From the NCBI GenBank assembly GCA_030141605.1, contig JAQGDQ010000754.1:1-64000 (forward strand): a stretch of DNA of 64,000 nucleotides, in the 5' to 3' direction. The DNA comes from Tubiluchus corallicola (lineage: Eukaryota; Animalia; Priapulida). Shown here one piece after another: positions 54,997 to 64,000 of the stretch (position 1 is its first letter; each line of letters begins with the position of its first letter). The notes beneath the pieces were generated by a model. The model was given only the letters and a program-made list of their open reading frames with translations, had not been told where the DNA came from and searched no databases. The translations under genes were made by a program, and so were the position numbers.

Positions 54997-55446
54997 TAAA
55001 GAAAAGAGAAGAAAAGAAAAGAGGAGAAAAGAAAAGAGAAGAAAAGAGAAGAGAAGAGAAGAAAAGAAAAGAGGAGAAAAGAAAAGAAAAAAAGAGAAGA
55101 GAAGAAAAGAAAAGAAAAGAAAAGAGAAGAAAAGAGAAGAGAAGAAAGAAAGAGAAGAAAGCAGAAGAAACTAAAAGAGAAGAAAAGAGAAGAAACGAAA
55201 AGAGAAGAAAGAAAGAGAAGAAAAGAGAAGAAAGAGACGAAAAGAAAAGAAAAGAGAAGAGAAGAGAAGAAAAGAAAAGAAAAGAAAAGAGAAGAAAAGA
55301 GAAGAAACGAAAAGAGAAGAAAGAAAAGAGAAGAAACGAAAAGAGAAGAAAGAAAAGAGAAGAAAAGAAAAGAAAGGAAAAGAGAAGAAAAGAGGAGAGA
55401 AGAGGAGAGGAGAGGAGAAGAGAGGAGGAGAGAAGAGAAGAGAAGA
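54997..55446. repeat. Purine-rich (AGAAG/AAAAG) low-complexity tract
   Basis: Directly visible in the sequence. Confidence 0.95.
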
Positions 55447-55558
55447 CATTTCAGTGCACTATTGTGACGTATCTTCACGTGACCGTAAAAGTAAAAAGAA
55501 AAACAAACTATCACTAGCTATTCATTTGTGGATTTTATGATGAAAACACAATTACAAG

Positions 55559-56818
55559 TTAAGCAGAGAATCCAAATCACCTCAAGTGAAAGAACACAAG
55601 GGCACAAAATGGCTTCTACATTTTGACATTTCTGTGCTTAAGCAGCGAATCCAAACCACCTCAAGAGAAAGAACACAAGGGCACAAAATGGCTTCTACAT
55701 TTTGACATTTCTGTGCTTAAGCAGAGGATCCAAACCACCTCAAGAGAAAGAACACAAGGGCACAAAATGGCTTCTACATTTCGACATTTCTGTGCTTAAG
55801 CAGAGGATCCAAACCACCTCAAGAGAAAGAACACAAGGGCACAAAATGGCTTCTACATTTTGACATTTCTGTGCTTAAGCAGAGGATCCAAACCACCTCA
55901 AGAGAAAGAACACAAAGGCACGAAATGGCTTCTACATTACGACATTTCTGTGCTTAAGCAGAGGATCCAAACCACCTCAAGAGAAAGAACACAAGGGCAC
56001 AAAATGGCTTCTACATTTCGACATTTCTGTGCTTAAGCAGAGGATCCAAACCACCTCAAGAGAAAGAACACAAGGGCACAAAATGGCTTCTACATTTTGA
56101 CATTTCTGTGCTTAAGCAGAGGATCCAAACCACCTCAAGTGAAAGAACACAAGGGCACAGAATGGCTTCTACATTTCGACATTTCTGTGCTTAAGCAGAG
56201 GATCCAAACCACCTCAAGTGAAAGAACACAAAGGCACAAAATGGCTTCTACATTTCGACATTTCTGTGCTTAAGCAGAGGATCCAAACCACCTCAAGAGA
56301 AAGAACAGAAAGGCACAAAATGGCTTCTACATTTTGACATTTCTGTGCTTAAGCAGAGGACCCAAACCACCTCAAGAGAAAGAACACAAGGGCACAAAAT
56401 GGCTTCTACATTTTGACATTTCTGTGCTTAAGCAGCGAATCCAAACCACCTCAAGAGAAAGAACACAAGGGCACAAAATGGCTTCTACATTTTGACATTT
56501 CTGTGCTTAAGCAGAGAATCCAAACCACCTCAAGAGAAAGAACACAAGGGCACAAAATGGCTTCTACATTTTGACATTTCTGTGCTTAAGCAGAGAATCC
56601 AAACCACCTTAAGAGAAAGAACACAAAGGCACAAAATGGCTTCTACATGTTGACATTTCTGTGCTTAAGCAGAGGATCCAAACCACCTCAAGAGAAAGAA
56701 CACAAGGGCACAAAATGGCTTCTACATTTTGACATTTCTGTGCTTAAGCAGAGGATTCAAACCACCTCAAGAGAAAGAACACAAAGGCACAAAATGGCTT
56801 CTACATTTTGACATTTCT
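55559..56818. repeat. 79-bp tandem array x16
   Basis: Unit ttaagcagaggatccaaaccacctcaagagaaagaacacaagggcacaaaatggcttctacattttgacatttctgtgc. Confidence 0.97.
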
Positions 56819-57070
56819 CTGCTTTCTTTGAAGCCTTAAAATCCGCTCCACATTTGCCATTCTACAGTGGCTATGATGTTACCAGTATTTAATAGATATC
56901 TTTCATTACGCTATCATTATTAATATGGCAACACAGCGTTTTTTCTTAGACTATTATCGAGAAACTAATGCAGGCGTATCATCAAAAACATCTGTTTCAA
57001 AAGTGACTTGCATTGCTGCTATTAATAATGACCTAAGAAGCCTCCGCATCTCAGAGGTGCTTTTTAACGT

Positions 57071-57312
57071 GTCGGGCGTATTGCTAGACTTTGGTAGCCA
57101 GGGCCTATTTGAGCCTAAACGAGGACCGGGGAAGTGGGGCGTGTGAGGCCCCCTGAAAATTTTTGATCTGCTAGAACGCCGGAGAAGCATTTTCGAAGAG
57201 AAAATATGGAGTTATACAGTTGTTAAAGGAAAGAACAATTGAAAGAAAAACTGCTTTATTCTCAAGACCAGTCCTTAATACTTGTCAATACTGGCAAATG
57301 GCGCGCGTGCGG

Positions 57313-57397
<85 letters not shown>

Positions 57398-57572
57398 GAG
57401 AGAGAGAGAGAGAGAGTGAGAGAGAGAGAGAGAGAGAGAGGGAGAAAGAGAGAGAGAGGGAGAGGAGGTAGTATGTTCGCATAAAGCAAAAAAATGTTAC
57501 CTTGGCGCGAGGCCCCCCTGGAGGGTGAGGCCCCGGGGAAGTATCCCCACTCCCCCCCTGAAATAGGCGCTG
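57071..57572. mobile_element. MITE-like element with a (GA)n tract, sharing an inner module with 41391-42264
   Basis: 57460-57535 is the reverse complement of 41433-41505. Confidence 0.55.
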
Positions 57573-58364
57573 TTGGTAGCAATGTTGTAAATGGTCTTAA
57601 CTTTGAGGAAATAAATAAACCGAAGAGGATGAGATAAATTCGTAAACTTGGTGCAACTTTATAGTGCAGAGAAAGAACTATATAGGGTTTCACAGTCTAA
57701 TCTGCAAACGTTCTGGACATACTTGCTGTGCAGTGTAGCGTGGAAGAAGTTCTAAAAACTACCCCAAGTGCCGCTATAAAACCTTCTGTAAATAAGCAAC
57801 CCTCCGTCTGGCCCAGATGCCATCTTCCACTAATATCTCTGCGCATTAGCGACAATATCTTGACGGTTGAAGTGTCACGTGCTCATCATCATTACGTTTC
57901 CTGACTTTTCAAACTGCTTTCGTCTCGTTCTTTATCATCGGTTATCTCGCGAACGTGATCTTTGCTGTCGTCTACGTGTTCATCAGCCTCCCTAGTTGTT
58001 TTTTCACTCGAAGCAGTGGCACCATGTTGGCGATACGTGTTACTACACGGAGGAGTTAACTTACGTATGGCATGCATGTCAAATCCACACGTGTTTGGAA
58101 ATTCCTTCATGTTATGTTTGATGAAACCCATCTGATTATTAACGACCAGCAGGTTGTATAAATTTCGCCCTGGACGCCTGGGCTCTATAGAATATATGAA
58201 CTAGCAGCCTGATTCATTTATTTATAGGCGTACAACAAAACTTCAATGGTGAATCAGTTATATATAAATTTTTATAAAAAATGAATGTACAGTTATGTAT
58301 TACATAATGTATATAATTATGTAACTAGGCGAAATGATTTTTCGGATGGTCACGGTGTTTGCTT

Positions 58365-58980
58365 AGGGTCCGAAGTTAAGCATAACCGAGGCTGATTAAC
58401 AAACGGTAGAGTGACCACCACATTCAGCTAATACTTACCACACTGATTCGTGCTGTTTTGCTCGCTGAGGGTGGATCTAGGGTACGAAGTTAAGCACAAC
58501 TGAGGCTGATTAACAAACGGTAGAGTGACCACCACATTCAGCTAATACTTACCACACTGATTCGTGCTGTTTTCCTCGCTGAGGGTGGATCTATTCACAT
58601 TCGATCATAGCTGAAATGCCTCGCTGAGGGTGGATCTAGGGTACGAAGTTAAGCACTACTGAGGCTGATTAACAAACGGTAGAGTGACCACCACATTCAG
58701 CTAATACTTACCACACTGATTCGTGCTGTTTTCCTCGCTGAGGGTGCATCTAGGGTACGAAGTTAAGCACAACTGAGGCTGATTAACAAACGGTAGAGTG
58801 ACCACCACATTCAGCTAATACTTACCACACTGATTCGTGCTGTTTTGCTCGCTGAGGGTGCATCTAGGGTACGAAGTTAAGCACTACTGAGGCTGATTAA
58901 CAAAGGGTACAATGGCCACCACATTCAGCTAATACTTACCATACTGATTCGTGCTATTTTCCTCGCTGAGGGTGCAACTA
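58365..58980 (+). repeat. 114-bp tandem array x5 with a 5S-rRNA-like segment
   Basis: Unit contains cgaagttaagcacaactgaggctgattaacaaacggtagagtgacc. Confidence 0.92.
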
Positions 58981-59871
58981 TTCACATTCGTTCATAGCTG
59001 AAATGTCTGTGCCAGTTGAGGCTTTTATATTTTACATGAACAGCCATAATAACGAGTCACTTTTCTGTCTTGTCAATAAATATCTGATCTGTAATAAGTA
59101 AGTAACTACTGAGTGCCATATACTAGCCAAACTACAAAAACTAAGAATGCATCTATGTAGAATTGATAATTGTTCTTACTAGGTGATAAAATGATGGCCT
59201 TACAAGAGATTCTACCCTATTGTCTCGTATCGATTGTATTGCAGCACATTTACATTTGTTATTTCTTTACTCATATAACTTCTTTACCTCTGCATTCACT
59301 AAATAAACAGTACACTAAGGCACTTCTTGAATCTTACGTATAAATCAATTTTTTGTCTATTAGATGTACATTCTTGCGGTAATTTTTGCTGAAAAACAAT
59401 TTTTTATAAGGTGCAAACTCACTTTCTATGGAACGATTGGTTTTTTTGCTGTTGTTGTATTTTTGTTTTTTGTATTTATGGACGTTTATGTATTTTTTGA
59501 TAGTTGTGTTTTGCTGTCATTAGCGTCTTTTTGTTTACTGTCTTTTGAGAAGGGTGGTTGACTCGATAACCTTTGGTTTTTCGCCACCCTTTCTCCAATG
59601 TTCGTTTGTATTTTTGTGTATTTTGTTGTCAAATTATTGTAAATTTATGGAGAAAAATAAAAAAAATTACTAATTCAGTGTAAATCATTATTATCGTAAT
59701 ATGAATTTAGTTTTTTCTGTTGTTTTTCCCAATACAACTTGCTTTTCAAATTGTTTTTCTAAAGCAGCACTAGTGATGTTTTCGCCATTAAGGTTAATGT
59801 TTTTGTGTCTTAATTGTTTATATTGCTATGATTGGTATCTACTAGAAATATGGGGTGAAAGATAACCAATG

Positions 59872-60243
59872 TTTTTTTATTTATTATTATTATCACATTC
59901 AGTACAATATAATGACATAAAGCACACAGTGACATCAAAATTATTACATCTACTATATTAAATTGTTATGTTTCATACACTATCGTTATCATAAAAGAAT
60001 AATTGTACTGCAGTGGGCTAGAGAAGCAAAGGCTTGTATAAGCCCACTGTCATGTGAACCTGATAAAAAAGAATGGATGAGTGAACAAAAAAAGAAACTG
60101 GGAGAAAGGTTAGATCACACAGGAAGGGTAGAAGGATGTGTTAGTGGAAATAGTAGGAAGAAAGATAATAGATTGCGCTATGTTGACATCAGCTCTAAAG
60201 ATTTATCAATGATGCCTTGTTTTGCATAATCTGTACCAGGATT
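59872..60243 (-). mobile_element. LINE (L2-like) 3' tail element, copy 2
   Basis: Reverse complement of 34148-34527 with small indels. Confidence 0.7.
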
Positions 60244-61549
60244 GTGGTATGACTACTGCAGTAGGTGTGGGAAATTAGGAAGTGTTGTACTTGTTGAGAA
60301 TCATTGCTCTGTATTTCTTTTTAAATTTTTGAATTGGCTGAACAGTTTCTAATTCATCATTTATGTCATTCCAAAGCCTTGGACCAACATTTGCAATGAA
60401 TTGCCACGTCTGTTCTACAGAAATTCACGACAAACTCATTCATTCTGGTTGCGTAACTCCGATTATTAGACTGGATTATTAGAGACGTTGGAAAGAGATG
60501 ACCATGTTATATTAATTATCAAGCGTTTCACATTCTACAGTACATTTTTCATCTGCAACTCCAAGAAAACGTCAGCTATCACTAGGCCTTCCTGACAATG
60601 AGTTGACAAATATGATCCGGAATTCCGTTTGCGATGTCCATCAGCTTCCTTCCTCGACATTTTTGCGCATTCCAGAAGTTCGGTTGGTTAAATGTAATTC
60701 TCCTGTAGGCGCTGTTCGAACAATCGTCCTCTTCCTGCTCTCCAAACAGCCCACTCCAGGAGCTTAATTGGATCCACTTGTAATTTCTTCTCATAGAATC
60801 TTCGAGTGAAAAATCCTGTAACGATGATCTATGTGGGCGGACAATGATCCCTGATCATGCATCACGTCAGGAAAGTCTAGTGGGCAGATTTTTCTGAACC
60901 CACTTCATGATTGCCACTTCAAATACTCATTCTGTAATAGCGGCATGAATTGATTTATCAACTGTCACAACGTCTGGCGATTCCAGAGACTTAATTTTGC
61001 AAAGTTTGAGAGTAAAATCGTGCATATCAATCATTAATTTATCCATTTGTTCACAGTTCGTGGAGGCAGCTGCTCTAACAAAGCTGCCAGAGCATTGCAA
61101 TCAAGGGATGACATATCCCAAGCTGAGAAAGCATTTCTGTGGAGATAAACTTCACTATAAAACAACAGCATTTCGATCTTATTTATACTTTCCGTTTGGT
61201 ATAATTTATGTAGATTTGTATAATAATAAACTAAATGCTATAAGAATTTTAGGCTTGATAAATGTCTTGCATTATATTCATACGGAATGTTGTGAATTCG
61301 ACTGAAGATTAAGATGGTGACATCGTGCAATAAATATTTCGAAATACTCTGAGCTCCGTAGGTTAAAAACACATCCTAAACAACCATCTAAATTCTAGAC
61401 ATCATACATACATATATTGAAACATGTATTGGCCTTTTTAACCCTGAAATTACCTAAAAGCTTGAATAGTGGTAACAATTAACCTAGCGTCTGTTATACA
61501 TATATATAATTTCTTACTGATGTCGTTCAGTAATTATTCTTTGGTGAGC

Positions 61550-62240
<691 letters not shown>

Positions 62241-62533
62241 TTCGTCAAAATATAATATGGTTCTTTTACTCAAGGGATTTATAATGGTAGCTACATGTGT
62301 TCGTATTACATTACTATGAGAGTCACTCGAGCCATCATGATATCGTGTCACCTGTCAAGCTACGAATTATATAGATGCGCATTATTTCACGTCATTGAAA
62401 CCAATCATTTTACCGCCTTCACTTTATAGATCCGTGCACAATCTCAGGAACGCTATGCTACGTGTGATTTTCCCTTTCCCTGTAGCATTACCGCTTCAAC
62501 AGTTGACAGGTAACAGTATCAGAAAGCAGAAGC

Positions 62534-62547
62534 GTTGTCATGGTAAC
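62534..62547. promoter_or_regulatory. RFX X-box motif
   Basis: GTTGTCATGGTAAC with CCAAT motifs nearby (62401, 62591, 62611); function not shown. Confidence 0.4.
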
Positions 62548-63670
62548 CGTTACACGCTTTGGATTTTACATTATTCTCTGCAGTAGCATCGCCAATAATA
62601 CAGCATAGAGATTGGTTAAATTTTCAGACTGACGACACAATGGAATTAATGTGCAGCGAAGGCAGGAGAACTTGAATACCAAACTAAGGTCACCTGATAC
62701 AGAGATGCCTTGCAATATGCATCAAAGACTCATCTAATATTTTTGTTTGTCCTTAGTGCATAAACCAAGGTGCAAAAAATGAACAGTAATATGCACTATC
62801 TGAAATGTACTTGTCTTTTGACTTACACATATATATACTATATATATATATATTAACACAAATGAAAATTTTTTTTCTAAAGTTTTTTCTTGTACATTAG
62901 ATGTAAGAAGTAATACTAGCAATGAACAAATACGGACTGTAAATTTCATTAAAGAAGTTATATGAGCTCTAGAACGTAATTGTTTTGATTTTTTGACAGG
63001 AATGAGTTGTACGCCATACTAACATATCTTAACTCTCATTTAATTTTATATATTCACATCTCTTATTAATCTTGTTAATTAATGTTATTTTGCTTTTTCA
63101 TCTGTTTGTTTATTTGATGTGATTGCACCATGAGTAGGAATGAAAATGATATATATAATTTTTATTTATACTCGTGGTGCAATCACATCAAATAAACAAA
63201 TAGATCAACAAGCAAAATTAACATTAATTATATTTACGAAACAAAATGATTAGATCAGTTTTTGATACATTTTGTAACGAATCTATATCCAGTGGTCTAA
63301 ACATTGTTTTGAATCGTCAAGGAACCTTTTTCCATGCCGAAGTTATATCAGCTGTGTAATATATACGCTCAAACCAAAGTTGCGTTCCCATATCTATGTT
63401 AGTTTATTCTGCAAAATACAACTTTTCTGTAGTCTACAATTACTACATCTACAAAAGTACTGAAATAAGTGCTAGGAAAATAAGTGCTACAGATTACTAC
63501 GTTACACTAAAAAGCTAAAAATGTATACATACATTGTTGGTCCAATATTGAGTCGAGAAAAAGCCAGAATGTCAGTAAAAGGTAGCAGTATAATTATAAT
63601 TCAAATTTTAAATGTAACAGAGACGTGTGTACATGACAAGTTCCACCTATACAATGTCAGAGTAGAAAAA

Positions 63671-64000
63671 GTAGTCTAGCTTGTTGAACTACAGTCTAAT
63701 ATATTGTGGCTTCTAATGCATATACTACCTTGGGAAGGGGTAGTCTAGCTTGTTGAACTACAGTCTAATATATTGTGGCTTCTAATGCATATACTACCTT
63801 GAGAAGGGGTAGTCTAGCTTGTTGAACTACAGTCTAATATATTGTAGCTTCTAATGCATATACTACCTTGAGAAGGGGTAGTCTAGCTTGTTGAGCTACA
63901 GTCTAATATATCGTAGCTTCTAATGCATATACTACCTTGAGAAGATACGTCTAGCTTGTTGAGCTACAGTCTAATATATTGTGGCTCGTAATGCATATAC
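63671..64000. repeat. 69-bp tandem array, truncated by the window end
   Basis: Unit gtagtctagcttgttgaactacagtctaatatattgtggcttctaatgcatatactaccttgagaaggg. Confidence 0.95.

Noticed and set aside
60540-61150. Possible decayed retrotransposon endonuclease or gene exon on the minus strand
   Set aside because: Only faint motif resemblance with frameshifts; it cannot be supported without a search.

Overview
AT-rich, intron-containing invertebrate genomic DNA (probably a lophotrochozoan; this is inferred from the repeat families). Four protein-coding loci are readable by hand. (1) Three internal exons of an SLC6 monoamine transporter, octopamine-transporter-like, on the minus strand at 867-2338. 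(2) A complete 4-exon CEP20/FOPNL gene on the plus strand at 4515-12207. (3) The mitochondrial glycine carrier SLC25A38 on the minus strand, with 8 conserved coding exons at 19821-28863 and an unresolved start codon. (4) The first coding exon of a T-type Ca2+ channel (Cav3) on the plus strand at 44030-44280, followed by a U12-type AT-AC intron that runs off the window. The rest is MITEs, V-SINEs, LINE remnants, solo LTRs, microsatellites and about 20 local tandem arrays. The most notable features are an SLC25A38 3' splice site tandemly amplified about 55 times, where every decoy copy leads to a stop codon, and a twister ribozyme at the 5' end of an internally deleted RTE element whose P1 helix and cleavage site appear to be supplied by the (TAA)n target. 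Many unrelated functional motifs (polyA signal, LTR TATA box, 5S-like boxes, CR1 coding tail) have also been amplified in place into 0.2-1.4 kb arrays. Most long ORFs in the supplied track are repeat artefacts. All calls come from reading the sequence; no searches were run.
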